A DNA stretch of 64,000 bases. Origin: Dipteris shenzhenensis. Lineage: Eukaryota. Position numbers and translations under genes: made by a program. Of this stretch, positions 1 to 13,361 are shown piece after piece. Under the pieces are notes generated by a model that saw only the letters and a program-made list of their open reading frames with translations, was not told the DNA's origin and did not search any database. The stretch lies in assembly GCA_047967505.1 (NCBI GenBank), contig CM106538.1. The stretch is one strand, 5' to 3'. The first letter of the stretch is position 1, and each line of letters starts with the position of its first letter.

Positions 1-515
1 TAGGCACCATGCCGCGTTTAATTACACATTATTGAGCCCACGCTTGGACTTTTAAAACCAAAGTTGTCACGGTCTTGTAGTACATTAAAGTACTTAGAAT
101 TTAACGCCCCCGTGACACTACCAGCCCCTATAAGAGGGCCCCCTTGGGGCCTCATAAGTTATCACTTGAAGCAGCAGTTCAAGAGCAGACCAGAAGCTTG
201 GCAAGGAGCAGATGGGCTTAGGGATCTAGAAGTGTTATGGAGGTAGTAGGACAACACCTTTTGGGGTAAGGACAAAGGACCACGATTTGGACTTCTTTTG
301 TAATGTGTCCTATTGGACCGAAATATATTTTGGTTGGCTCTATATCTCTTGTGGAGCATTGTCTATTTATTGGCTTGCACATATACACATGTTTGTTGAC
401 TACACACAAGTAAATAAGTTTTGGATTCCGTAGTTAAATACTTCCGTGTGCAATTCTTGGGTAGCTCTTTCAGTTTTCCGCTGTGGGATACCCTCTGTTT
501 GGTTCATTTCTAACA
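1..515 (+). mobile_element. 3' part of a 5' LTR (truncated by window edge) of a decayed LTR retrotransposon; internal region runs to about 3385
   Basis: Ends ...TTTCTAACA at 515, directly followed by a PBS. TATA-like CCTATAAGAG near 127. Recognisably similar to the 3' half of the solo LTR at 9043-10235. Confidence 0.75.
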
Positions 516-527
516 TGGTATCAAAGC
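516..527 (+). promoter_or_regulatory. Primer-binding site (tRNA-iMet type)
   Basis: TGGTATCAAAGC, one mismatch to canonical TGGTATCAGAGC, immediately after LTR-terminal CA. Confidence 0.75.
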
Positions 528-1645
528 CTTGATCAGAAGTTCATGGGAAGTGGAGCTTGAAGGCAAGGACCTTGCTGAAGGACGACCTTGATTCAAAGCT
601 CAGGGGAATCTACTTTGACATTTGAAGGATTGTGCCCTTGCAAGAAAGAGTGTCACGGGGAGGTGAATTTTCTAGACCTGTGAATACCTTTGGCCTCTCA
701 TTGATTAGAATTGTAAAAAGTGCTAATCGAGTGTATTAATTCCATGGGCCTGGGCAAGGAGCTGAAGGGCAAGAGAGGGGTAAAAATCCCATTGCTAAAA
801 ACAGCTCCATGGGTCACATTTGGCAAGGTGGCTTGGAAGCGAGCAGAAAAGTTGAAATTTACTTTGAGGTAGTTCAGAGAGAGGGAAGTCGCAAGCTGGG
901 AAAGTGCCCTATGTTGGTATCAAAGTACGAGATTTTACTTAGAATGAAAAGCAATAGTTCACACGTGATATCAAAGTAGTAATACATTAAAAAGATGACA
1001 AAAACTCTGGGACAACAGAGTTACAAGCAAAGACCTAATGGCTCAGCCCGACCAAGCTTGTTGCAGTTTTACAAAGGATGCTATGATCTCAACACACAGT
1101 CGAGCTTGTGACTACAACAATGTCTGACACACAAACTGCTCGTAGAAGACCACACAGGCCGAGATGCACTGCTTTACTATAAGAGCACACAGCTCCAAAG
1201 AAAGGCGACACATGCCTTAGATCATCCATCATAGCGAGATGCTTGAAGAAGGCGCCATATATGAAGATCGGCTAACTACCAAGACAAGCTGGAGGCAAGA
1301 AGTCGTGCCGACAGTGATTCCAATGATCCATCACCAGCCATCATAGTTGCTCCAATCCCAAACTCTTGGAGTGACTCTCATCCTAAGCCAAAGGTTGAGT
1401 ATCCAGCTAGACAATCGGAGACGACAAGTGGCGCCTTCCAAAGCACCGCCTTGCTCTTGACACGTCCATGCATGCATGCAATAACGCCAAGTGGCTGATC
1501 ACTGCCACCTCAATCTACCCTACGAGGTTTACTAATGCTAACAAACGCAACAATCCCCCCATAAACCAAGGAGGGGAGAATCTAACTGGAAACACAACTG
1601 CAGACAAAAGCAACACACCACCAAAAATGTTGCTCACGCTAGAGC

Positions 1646-2500
1646 TTAAAAAGCATAATTATCATTGAGGTAGCTATCGTCTTCCAAATCGATTATAGGA
1701 ATGCCGTCTTCACGTACCAAGCCGGCTATCTCATTTGTATCACTATCTTCGAGTAGACAAGCCTTTGAACTGTTGCCATGCTTATCATCATACACTTTCT
1801 TGTAGCAATGCTTCTCCTTGTGTCCTTCTTTCCTACAGTATTTGCAAGTGACCATTGGATTTTTCCCATTGCTCTTTTCTCCTTGGCTGCAAAAAATTGC
1901 TCACCATTGCCAACTGTATGCATCTCTGCTCGTGTCTCTTCACTCAACATAATCGAAAGCACTTCTTGAAAGGTTAATGCATCTGAATTTAGACGAAGTA
2001 TTGTAACTAGTTTTGCATACTTGGAGGGGAAACTAGTAAGTAATATTGCTTTCGCGTCATCCTCAGTTCGAATCGAGAGATCCTGCAACTGCTTCATGAT
2101 AGACTGCATTCTATTGAGATGAGCTGCTAGTAAATCCCCACCTCCCATCTGCAAGCCAAATAGTTCTTGTTTGAGCATGGTCTTTGAGTTCTTGAATCTA
2201 GATCCAAAGAGAGTTTTTAACGGAGTCCAGTTCTGATTTGCTGTCTTTGCAATGTCCACATGGTGGAAGTATTCTAGCCCAAGAGCTCTCCCCATCAGAC
2301 CGAGAGCTTTCTCTTTTTTTGCATCCCACGCATGCATCTTCTCGAGACCTTGGTTGTTGGCCGGTTTCTTTTCAAAGCCAGATACAACTCCCCATAGGCT
2401 TATCCATTATTAGCACTCATAACAGAATCAGAAACCGAAGCCTAGTAGTTACACAAATAATTGCGAGGATGGAAAATTGCGACCATCAAACTTGACAACC
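1646..2500 (-). pseudogene. Copia-type gag (UBN2-like capsid plus CCHC zinc knuckle), frameshifted, with no pol
   Basis: VVKFDGRNF start motif near 2490; ORF 1726-2337 (WDAKKEKALGLM...LLTSFPSKY...LTFQEVLSIMLSEE); knuckle CKYCRKEGHKEKHC in ORF 1646-1855; minus-strand PPT-like GGGGGGAT then TGTTG at 1560-1548. Confidence 0.8.
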
Positions 2501-3149
2501 GATGTGTCACGGACTTTGTTGCCTTAGCCCAAGAGTCCATGTCTGCTTCTATTGGAGAAGTAGCTGCCCACACAAATTAGCAAGCACATCAAGTGCAAGG
2601 GCTCGTCCTCTACATGTACTGCGAGGTCTCCTAAGAGTACTAGGTACTTTGAAGATGTCGAATCTTGGTGACCTTCGAATTATCTCTTTCACTCTTGGGC
2701 AGCTTTTGCAAAATCCGTCCCCTTCCCAATGCTGAGGCTCCTAACATTTGTCCACATAGCCATATGAAGAATCATCCATAAGAGAGTAGATACTTTTTGT
2801 GGTATGTTTTTGACCCAAAAGTTCTCATATCTACTCTTCCAAATGACCACACTATCACCATCTTCTGTTCAATTCATTGAACACCTCATCAATGGTGGAA
2901 GTTGGTGTAGGGATGGGAAAAAAAAGAGAGCTTCTCACCCATCTAAATTCTTTCAGTAGACCAAGTGAGACCCACCCTTCCAATGAGTTTCCCCTAGCTA
3001 GAGGGCAACTATGTTCATAACTAGACCCTGCTTCCTCAGGTGCTAGTATTGAGTTCTCAAGTTCATGAGAGTCCTAAACCTCCCAGCTACACGACTCAAT
3101 GGGTGGCTAGACAACTCGAAGCACACTCACAATATCCAAGGAGCGTCCT

Positions 3150-3370
3150 GAAGAATTCACCTACAGCTAGGGAGCCTTCAGAATTGATTTGCGTATTGCT
3201 AGGGGCCTCCAGAACTGATTTGCCCATTGTCAGGAGCCTCCGGAACTGATTCGCCTACTGCCAGGAGCCTCCAGAACTGAATCACCTTCAATCAAGGAGC
3301 TGCCAGGTGAATTCGCTTTCAACCAAGAGTAGCTAGATTGACTTGCATGCATGCCAGGAACCTCCAGATT
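3150..3370 (+). repeat. Degenerate 31-bp tandem repeat (about 7 units)
   Basis: Units start at 3181, 3212, 3243 and 3274 (consensus about GAACTGATTYGCCYATTGCCAGGAGCCTCCA), with looser copies on either side. Confidence 0.75.
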
Positions 3371-3930
3371 GGTGGTTCGTTTTCAACTACTGAAGACCAT
3401 TATAGATGATCAAGTCATGAACTAAGTAGATGTTGCCCATACCCTGTCACGTGTGGGCATGTGCAGAGTGCCTCAGTATCCCGAGCTCAGCTGCATCTAG
3501 ATCTGGGACTATGTGGGGATCTCTCTCATATGTGAAGTCTAGTAGACCCACTTGCCTATCCCTTGTTTGTGCATTGAAGTCCCCCAGAAGGGGGGTGTCT
3601 CCCTGTTTGGAGAACTCCTTGATGTCATCGTGGATCGTCTCATATGGGCTGTATCCCCTCACGTGCATAGGATGACATGTCTGGAGGAAAGTAGCACACC
3701 GCAATAAAGATCGGTTGGGCATCCGGCAGTTGAACTCGTATCCACATGTGTAGTGCATGCTCCTCTCTCCGTACCCAAGATATGAGTGGTCCCAGGTGTG
3801 ATTTGAAAAGGACATCTACCCCCAGAACCTCGTACTCCGTTATCTCTCCTCAATTCCCTCCTATGAGTTGAGTCCCATGTGTATCTTGTCATTGTGGGCA
3901 GCGCTCTCTCTGGGCTCTCATGTGTCTCAG

Positions 3931-6900
3931 TGTTAGAAAATAGGAGGGAATGAATCACTCAAACCTCCACCCAAGATCTCTCCAACTCTTACACACTCAA
4001 CTCAGATAGATGATCACAGATGCAAGTAACACACACTCAGAAATAAATGTAGACGGAGAGAGAGAGAGTATATTCATCCACCGGATGGTGGGCAGAAAAT
4101 AGCTCCAAGGGAGCAGTACAAAACACAGTAGAGTGCTGGAGAAAACTGATGGACTCTCTCTCTCACAAACTGCCCCAGATCTGAGTGCTGAACACAGCCT
4201 TGGAGAGGGGCTTTCAGTTTGGCACTGGATGCTGGACTGAATGGAGAAGTGGGCCTTTTATAGGCTCTGCCCAGGCCCCTTCAGATGACCGACCAGCAGG
4301 GTCAGTACCCTGTCTGGTGGCCGACCACATGGGCCTCATAAACCGACCAGGGTTGGCCCTGGTCGGTGGCCCTGGTTGGGCCGACTTGGCCAGCCACAGG
4401 TCCTTATATAAGGTCGCCCTGGGCGGCCAGTCAGTGCTGCTCCTCGTGCCTCCATGTGAGGCCTAGAGCCCCTTTTATTCCTGCTGTTGCAGACTGCGAC
4501 CAGCCCGTGTGCTGGTCACCTATATTTGCCATGGTATCCTCCCTCCGGTTCTGGCCTGAGTCTCTCTCCCAGCCCTCCTACCTCTCACTGCCCCTTGTCC
4601 CCTCAAATCGGGGGCTCACAGGTGGGCATAGTGAGAATCTAAAACCCCCCCTCAATGTCACAACTGTGGGCCAATCCCCATACGTCTGATGAGGTGCTCC
4701 ATCTGTTCTCGAGGGAGTGCCTTCGTGAAGAGGTCGGACAAGTTGTCGGCAGTCGGGTAGTACATGAGCTCGATCACGTTGTCAATGATGAGTTCTCGAA
4801 TAAAGTGGTAATGAACTTCAATGTGCTTGGTCCGCGCATGGTCACTGGATTCTTGGCAATGGCTATGCAACTCTGATTGTCGCACATCAGCACTGTTGCG
4901 GTCTCCTGACACACGTCCATGTCCTCCAGAATCCACCTCAACCACAGTGTCTCACAAGCTGCTGTACATGCGGCTCTGTACTTTGCCTCTGTTAATGAAA
5001 GGGCCACTGTGGGTTGCTTCTTACTCAGCCAAGAGATGGCACCAGATGCAAGTAAGAAGCAATACCCTGTTGTTGATCTTTTGGTGTCAGCATCACCCGC
5101 CCAATCACTGTCACAGAACCCGCCTAGTTCGATGCCTTTGGTATAGGTGATCCCATAGGTGCAGGTACCCTTTAGATACCTCAACACCCGTGAACTTGCA
5201 TCCCAATGACTCTTCCTGGGAGAAGCAGAGAACTGGCATAATAGTCCAAGTGCATAACAAATATGAGGTCGAGTATTGGTAAGGTAAAGCAAACTTCCTA
5301 CCAATCGTCGGTACAAAGGAGTATCGACCGGCTGGGATGTGTCGTGAACACTTAGCGACCTCCATGGGAGTTACTGCTATCCTGCAATCCTCCATCTGGA
5401 ATCTCTTCAGAAGTTCTCTGCAATATTTCTCCTGTGAAATGAAGATCTTGTCTTTGGCCTGCTTTACTTCTATCCCAAGGAAGTAGTGTAATAACCCAAG
5501 GTTAGTCATCTCAAACTTAGACATGAGTAGCTCCTTGACCTGAGAAATCTTCTTGACATGGTCGCCTGTCAAGATAAGATCATCAACATAGAGGATGAGT
5601 ACCAATCGCAACCCCTTCTCAATGAACAAGTAGAGGTTTGCCTCAGAAGGGCTCCGACCTAGCCCTATCTTATGAAAGAATACATCAATCCTTTGGTACC
5701 AAGCTCTGGGGGCCTGTTTCAGCCCATATAACGCCTTCTTCAACCTGCAGATTTTTAATGGGGACCCTGGATCTTGAAAGCCCGGTGGCTGCTCTACGTA
5801 TACCTCCTCCTCCAGGGTTCCATTAAGGAATACGGACTTCACGCCCATTTGAAAAATAGGCCACTGGAATTGGGCAGCAAGGGCAATCACTGTCCGGATA
5901 GTAACCATGCGAGCTGTGGGAGCAAAAGTTTCATTAAAATCCATGCCTTCAGTTTGAGCAAAACCTTTGACCACTAACCTTGCTTTGTACTTATCCAAGC
6001 TGCCGTCTGATTTGTATTTAAGTTTGTATACCCACTTAGTGTCGATGACTTTCTGTCGCGGGGGCTTGGCCACTAAGTCCCAGGTATTGTTCTTCAGGAT
6101 AGCATACATCTCTGCCTGCATGGCAGCCTGCAATTCTGGATTGTCCTTCGCCTCCTCGAAGGTCCTTGGCTCTTCAAGCTGAGCCACCAACGCAAGATTG
6201 ACGGATGGGGTCTTCTGAAGAGGTTGGGACCGACGCAATCCAGAACTGCTACTCTCAGGTATTTCGGTGACCCGAGAGTCTTCCAATGTTCTTAGGTACC
6301 ATTTGGGCAACCTCTTCTACTTCTCAGTGGGAGGAGGAACTGAAATCGCTTCTGGAACAGCCTGCTCTTCCTCAGTATGTTGTGGAACATCAGCTTCTGA
6401 TTTCGCCACCTCTTGGATGGTCAACTTGGGGCGGGGTGGGTTCGGGGATTGAACAATCTCCTCCTCCTCAATCTGAGGCTCCTTCTGGGGTTCAGGTTCC
6501 TTTTCCTCGAAGACAACATCCCGACTGATAAGGATCTGCTTCTTTACTGGGTCGAAGAGTCGATAGGCCTTGGATTCTTCGCTATACCTAACAAAGATAC
6601 ATTTTCTGCTCCGGGAATCAAGCTTGGTCCTGTCTTCCTTGTGCACATGCACCCATGCATTAGAACAAAAAATGCGAAGATGAGTCATAGAGGGCTTCTT
6701 ACCATAAAATGCCTCATATGGAGTCTTGTCCTTGACGGCCTTCGTCTTTGTGTACGGCTGTATTGATAGCTTTACTCCAATAGGCTTTAGAAAGGTTCCT
6801 CCCTCGGAGGATAGCAAGCCCTGTCTCCGTGGTGGTCCTATGCTTCCTCTCGGCTACCCCGTTTTGTTGAGAAGTATGTGCTGTGGTGAGTTGTCGCTTG

Positions 6901-8954
6901 ATCCCATGCTTGTGACAAAATGTGTTGAACTCATTTGAGGTGAATTCTCCCCCCCTGTCTGTACGGAACGTCTTGACATCCTCCATTGTCTCCTTTTCAA
7001 CTCTGGCCTTCCAGTCCTTGAACTTCTCGAAAGCGTGTGCCCATGGTTTTGAACCAAGTCTTTCTGTTAGACATGTGCTTTGAAGCACCGCTGTCAACAT
7101 ACCAACCCTCTTTTCCTTCACTGACTGCATAGGCTGAACAATGTTCACTGATTAAAAACAACTGCCCAGTCATCACATTGGCAGAATCATTCTTAGGCTC
7201 TTCTTTGTTCCTGGCTTCTCTCTTCCGCTTCTGATCTGCCTTCTTCTATTGGCATTCTTTGGCGGAGTGGCCAAGCTTTTCACAGTAAAAGCACTTCATT
7301 TTCTTCTTTCGGTCAGCGTACTCTGACTTCTTGAACTCCTTTGGCTTGCCTTTTCCAGGCTTGTCTTTGGCCACTAATGCCTTCTCGTCGGTTTGCGTAA
7401 AGAGTTTCTCTCGAGTCTCCTCCTGAAGCAGGAGTGGGCCAAGCTCCTCAAAAGTGATTGGCTTAGTCCGTTGACCCGTAGTGACCGTAGTCACAAAACT
7501 TTTGAAACTCCGTGGCAACTTGTGGAGTGTGAGCAACGCCAATTGACTCGAGTCCACCTTCTGACCAACCGCTGCGAGCTGGTTCCGCACGACTTTCACC
7601 TTTGTCAGATGGTCATGCACACTATCACCCTCATTCATATCAAGATTATAAAGTTGATGCTGAAGAGTAATGATGCGGGCTGTATTATCGGTTTCATACA
7701 GCTCCTTCAGTATGGCCCATGCCTCTGAAGACGTCTCTGCCAATTGGATATGAGGAATCACAGCATCTGCTGTCGTGCCAATTAGCATTGCTAAGGCTTG
7801 AGCATCCCTCTCCTCCCATGCATTGAGTTCATCCGCATCTGCTTCAAATAAAACATCACCTCTTTTGTCCACAATGTCCTCCGGATTCATCTCGGTACCA
7901 ATCACTATCTTCCATAGCTTGTGCCACCACATGGCTTCGGATCTTGACTTTCCAAATTGGATAGTTCGTCCCATCGAGCTTTCCAACTTCACCAAAATTG
8001 GGAATGAATGAAGAAGGAAGATGACCGGAGGAGGAGGAAGGACGAGCAGTGGGTGTAGAGGCTTCTGAACGCTGATCCATCTCGGTGAATAGCAAACTGA
8101 AAAAAAACTGAAGCAAAAAAGATGTACTGACCTCTCGTGCTAGCCTGAGCTGAAAACAGAATCGCCTTTCTGCCAAGGGACTCCTTCCTTTAGAGAGTGC
8201 TTTGATGAAGAAGAGTTGAGAGCCTATGGCTCTGATACCATGTTAGAAAATAGGAGGGAATGAATCACTCAAACCTCCACCCAAGATCTCTCCAACTTTT
8301 ACACACTCAACTCAGATAGATGATCACAGATGCAAGTAACACACACTCAGAAATAAATGTAGACGGAGAGAGAGAGAGTATATTCATCCACTGGATGGTG
8401 GGCAGAAAATAGCTCCAAGGGAGCAGTACAAAACATAGTAGAGTGCTGGAGAAAACTGATGGACTCTCTCTCTCACAAACTGCCCCAGATCTGAGTGCTG
8501 AACACAGCCTTGGAGAGGGGCTTTCAGTTTGGCACTGGATGCTGGGCTGAATGGAGAAGTGGGCCTTTTATAGGCTCTGCCCAGGCCCCTTCAGATGACC
8601 GACCAGCAGGGTCGGTACCCTGTCTGGTGGCCGACCACATGGGCTTCATAAACCGACCAGGGTTGGCCCTGGTCGGTGGCCCTGATTGGGCCGACTTGGC
8701 CAGCCACAGGCCCTTATATAAGGTCGCCCTGGGCGGCCAGTCAGTGCTGCTCCTGGTGCCTCCATGTGAGGCCTAGAGCCCCTTTTATTCCTGCTGTTGC
8801 AGACTGCGACCAGCCCGTGTGCTGGTTGCCTATATTTGCCATGGTATCCTCCCTCCGGTTCTGGCTTGAGTCTCTCTCCCAGCCCTCCTACCTCTCACTG
8901 CCCCTTGTCCCCTCAAATCGGGGGCTCACAGGTGGACACAGTGAGAATCTAACA
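3931..8954 (-). mobile_element. Copia-1: Ty1/Copia LTR retrotransposon, internally deleted and frameshifted
   Basis: 714-bp LTRs 3931-4644 and 8241-8954 (about 15 differences). PBS GCTCTGATACCA 8229-8240, PPT at 4645-4654, TSD CTCAG/CTTAG. Domain order gag-PR-INT-RT-RH. Confidence 0.95.
4658..8080 (-). pseudogene. Copia-1 gag-pol remnant
   Basis: gag with CFYCEKLGHSAKEC (7246-7995); protease GWYVDSGAS near 7100; integrase RTDRGGEF...QNGVAER (6714-7148); RT YVDD (5111-6310); RNase H GFCDSDWAG...MCDNQS...DLFTK (4658-5316). Split over several frames. Confidence 0.92.
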
Positions 8955-9042
8955 CTTAGTGTATAAGATCATATCTTTGTCATTGTATGTCTCCAAGAAC
9001 CCTCCCGGATCATACCAGAGCGTGCCATTACAATTGCACATT

Positions 9043-10235
9043 TGTTGGAAAGGTCACCTCCCCATCTGTAAGCCCCCAAATGAGGAGAGCGTGGGGGAGG
9101 GAGACCTAGGGCAGGATGTGCCCCAAAAGGAGAGAGGTGGGTACTTGGTTGATCTGCAGGAACATAAGGCGGAGCAGAGGACAGCAGTAGGGACCCAAGA
9201 GAAGAGACCACGGATGACGTCAGCAACAGTACGGAATAGTACTACAAAGCTGAGGCGCACATGTGGCAGATCAGGAGAACAGGGTAAACAGGCGCTGACA
9301 TGGCAGGTCAGGAGCGCAGGTGTACGGGGCTGCATGGGGCCTGGTAGAGCAGCAAATGGGGCTGCCAGTGGGCAGTGGCATGCCTTATATAGGCTGGGCC
9401 CCTGCCTTGATTGGAGGGCCAAAAGCCCTAGAAGTGTGGGCCAAAGGGCCCTAGTTTTGTGAGCCCTTAAAGGGCTGTTTTGGGGCAGACTGGTCAGCCC
9501 AAACAGACCAGCCAGTCGGCCCATTTAGGGCTGGCTGGTCGGTTAGTTCAAGGGGCCCTTGGGGCCTATAAAAGGAGAGGCTTGTGGCCTCATTTATCAT
9601 CCAACATCCAGCAGAAAGTGGAGCAGACAGGAGCAGCCTGAAGGCATTCCCTTTGGCCTCATCTTGGGGAGGTAAAGGAGAGTTGAAGGAGTGCTGCAGA
9701 CTGAGTTCCCTAAGGGCTGGGACCTTGGCTGTCTTCTAGGGCAGCAAGGTGTTGTGATCATCATACCTTCTGGAGCAGCCATTCACAAGCAGGTTGGAGT
9801 AGTGGAACAGGGACCTGTGTGCTGCAGACAAAGCTTGGCAGGGGCTGCCCCCCTAGGCTGATTCACAGGCAGTAAGGTGGAGAAGAACACACTGGACGGA
9901 AAGTCTACAGACTCTCGAGGTGGAGCACGCGGGCTCGAGTCTAGAGATAGCCAGTTGATAGGAGGACCTTGTGGTAAGATCAGAGGACCACACCATTGGT
10001 GGGACTCTGGATCTATCTCTCTTGTATTGTGTCCATAGTTTTGGATGGAAATATATATTTTGGTGGTTTCTCTATCTGGCTGGTTCATTGTCTATTGATG
10101 AGTCTGCATATCTATTGAATGCACATAAGTAAAGAAGTTTGTGATTCCACACCCACACCGCACACAGTGTGAGCTCCTGGGCATTACTATAAGTCTTCCG
10201 CTGTGCGTACCCTCTGTTGGGTTTATTTTCTAACA
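9043..10235 (+). mobile_element. Solo LTR (1193 bp) inserted at the start of LINE-a ORF2
   Basis: TGTTGGAA...TTCTAACA termini, perfect TSD ACATT (9038-9042 and 10236-10240), TATA CCTATAAAAGG near 9566. Related to the LTR at 1-515. Confidence 0.88.
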
Positions 10236-11122
10236 ACATTGCTATTTTCAATCTAATGTGTGCATTTGTCCCATGGGCTCGACACTGTCATTATTCCCCA
10301 TCTTCCTTCTCTTCCTTCTCCTCCTTTTCTCCTCTCTCTCAAATGATCACCTTACCATCCCTATATGCAGCCCATTTCCTTGCTTCTCTTGCTGCCATTA
10401 CTCATACCATACCCTCCCTCTGGGGCTCCTGTTGTAGGAGAGTGAGGTCATCATCGAAGTAAATTCGGGTTCCTTTCAGAGTCGCCCTGATGCTCATGAA
10501 GGTCTTCCTGTCCATAGCTGTCCAGAACTTCATCTTTAGTGGCCTTGTAGGTGCCTCGGGTTTGCCCACTCCCCAAGCTGTCTCGCATGTAAGGTTCACA
10601 CCCATTTTGGTGAACAAGCCCTGTGCGTTGCCATAGGGGTGTCTCCCACTGTGAGACCTCGAACCAAAACATTTAGAGCTTTGCTGTTCCTCCTTTTATC
10701 TTCCTCCAAAACATCTTAAATAATCTCTTTCTTGGGGGCAGGTGTGTCTTTTCTTGACAACATCTTTCCATTCTAGGATTGCAGCCTCTCCTTTTGTGAT
10801 CTTTTGTGTGAATTCAATGTGTTTACCTTGCATGGTGTCTTGCAAGGATACCAAATTTTTTCAGAGTTTTTTATTCTCAGATTTCAGCTCTTCCATTACT
10901 TTGTTTGCTCCTTCCGGAGCTCCTTGTGCATCTCTTTGCTGTTGTAGCTCAGTTTCTATGGCTTGCATTTGGTCTTTGAGGCTTTTTTTTTTCTCATTTC
11001 CACATTGCTCTTTCCTTCTCCCACTCCTCTTTCTTGCTCTTCTCCTTCCGCCATTAATCTTGCAAGCGTTTTCTTTGTTTCTTGATGAGAGAGAGAGAGA
11101 GAGACAGAGAGAGAGAGAGAGA

Positions 11123-13360
11123 AGAAAGAAAGAAAGATATATTAACGTCCTCGGAAGACCTCGCGAGTCTATGGGACAGAGTGATACAACATCAAAAAAA
11201 GATCTCAACAAGCCTCTGTGGGCTGGGGCAAGGGGGTGAGCTAAAGCCCCTGCCAAGTACTAATCTAGTGTCTAAATAGAATAGAATAGAGACAAAATCA
11301 GAGTCTGAATCAAGAGTTAGGAGTGTCCAGATCAAGTCAGGTCAGGTCTCTCCGCTGGGCCATGTCAGTACGCGTCGGGCTACGTCGATTGTAATCCCTC
11401 ATCTCTGGCTCTGGTGGTCCCCTACAAGTAGTGCTGTGATGGGACGAACCTCAATGGTGTGCGCTCTAGTAGTCCAAAGAGTCTGGTGTGACCGACTGCT
11501 GATCCAGGCTGCTCTCATGTCGACAATCTCCTCATCCTCAACTCCACTGTGTCCAGGAGCCGTCTCGAAGGCATAGAAGTCTATAACCTGTCTCTGAGCT
11601 GGGCCCAGCTCTGTATCCTGTAGTCTGTCCGGTGCTGATAGTGCTCTAGCCTGTCTCAGTAGTGCCTCTTGGTGTCGGCACATCTCCATCAAGTACAACC
11701 CTACACAGACTTGGTCTTGGAAGTGTATCAACCGAGAGAGCGGGCCGAAGCCGGTCCTCTCCTCATAAAGGCAATGATATCGCCCTCGTATCTCATAGTA
11801 AACCGGGCAGCTACATAGGAAGTGCTCCTCAGTCTCAACGGTATCCATGTCGCATAGTGTGCAGATCCTGTGTTCTCTGGGTAGACCTGCAGCCTGCCTC
11901 AATCCTAAGCTGATGGGAGGAAACTCGTATTTGGCCAATGGCAATCCGGAGTGCATGTGAGACTCCTGTGTCCTCTAGATAAGGAGGTTGGATAATGAAA
12001 CCGTCATCAGAGACTCTGAGGGAGTGATCACGATAGAACTGCATCTTGGTGGGGAGCGGCTGGTCCCTCAACCAAGTTTGGGATGTAGTGAGCTGGAGGA
12101 GGTCTAACCGTATGATACGGTTAATCTCATGGCACGGAACTTGCTCAAGGGGGGCATACATGCTATACTGAAATGGGGGTAGTCTGTCCATCTGAATGCC
12201 ATGGCTAGTCAGCCATGTGTCTGTGCGTGCATACCAGGTGGCTGCTCCCTCACCTGCTAGGCGTCGGGATGATTCCAAAGCTACCCTCGGTAGTCTCCAA
12301 TGAGGCAGAGCCCCTACCCCGTGAATGAAAGTCACTGTCTGGAAGCTAGCATCGACATATATTGGCGTCATGGCAAACTCTGCCTGTATGATCTCATGTG
12401 GAACTGAGGGCTTACTCTGTATCATCCTGGATCCCATTGAGACCTGTAGCCTCTCAAACTTTCTCCAATCTGTTGCCGGAATGTCACTCGACCAGAAGGG
12501 CGTTGTATACATGGCGGTCGGCCGTACTAGAGTGTCGAAGAGCTAGCTCTTTGTTGGAGGATCTTGGAAATGTGCCTAGAAGCACTGTCTCTCTAGTCGG
12601 GCCAAAGCGCTCCGGCCTCGTGTGAGTCGTGCCCTGGCAGGCGGGGTCATTGAGAAAATGGGTCCTGCGAAGACCGTGCCCAAATATGTATAGGATTGTA
12701 CTATCTCCACTGGCTCCCCTCTGTATGTGAAGTTGTGTCGAAGAAGCGCTGGATGTGAGGTATTAAAGATCATGACCTTGGTCTTGCCAAGGTTGACAGT
12801 CAGGTCCCCCTCTCTGCAGAATACCTCAAGGGCGTCCAGATGCTTCTGTAATCCCTCGGCCGATGAAGATAGAAGAACTATGTTGTCGGCATATAGTAAT
12901 ATCTGAATCAGGAGGTCAGCCAATGGTGAGCCCTCTGCACCCAGTGTCTAGGAAGGATGTGATCTCATCGATGTAGAGTCCAAAGAGGGTCAGCGAGAGA
13001 GGGCAACCCTGCTTCACCCCAATTGTGCTCTCAACCTAGTTTGATATACCTCCTGGGGCTCGGACTCTTCCTCTGACCGGCTCATATAGGCTCATAACCC
13101 CCCAAATCAACGTCTCTGGGATCTGTAGCTCGTGCAATCTTGTGATGAGACGGGCTCGTGGGACAGTGTCGAAGGCCTTCCGAAAGTCTACAAAACAAGC
13201 GTATACTTTCCGGTGTCGGGCTTTGGCTTCCTCGATGATGGCGGGTCTCATCGTGAAGATCGGGCCGGAGAAGATGAACCCCAAGTAAGTGTATGAGGAT
13301 ACGATCTCAACTGGTGACCCACCCAAAGTAAAAGTAAACTGTTTCCGTTGCATGAGTAAC

Positions 13361-13361
<1 letters not shown>
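11123..13361 (-). mobile_element. LINE-b: 5'-truncated RTEX-like LINE (RT, C-terminal Zn finger, 3' UTR, (CTTT)n tail)
   Basis: FVDFRKAFDTV, GVKQGCPLSLTLFGLY, LLYADN, HQLRIE, RICTLCDMDTVETEEHFLCSCP. Terminal hairpin 11147-11177. Flanked on both sides by (GA)n. Confidence 0.88.

Noticed and set aside
4185-8966. Duplicated + strand ORFs 4185-4466/8495-8776 and 4366-4689/8676-8966
   Set aside because: They lie inside the two GC-rich Copia-1 LTRs; the duplication is just LTR identity and no protein motif is recognisable.
1-10235. Pairing the LTR at 1-515 with 9043-10235 as the two ends of one element
   Set aside because: The two are only loosely similar, and 9043-10235 has its own perfect TSD (ACATT) inside a LINE ORF with no PPT, so it is an independent solo LTR.
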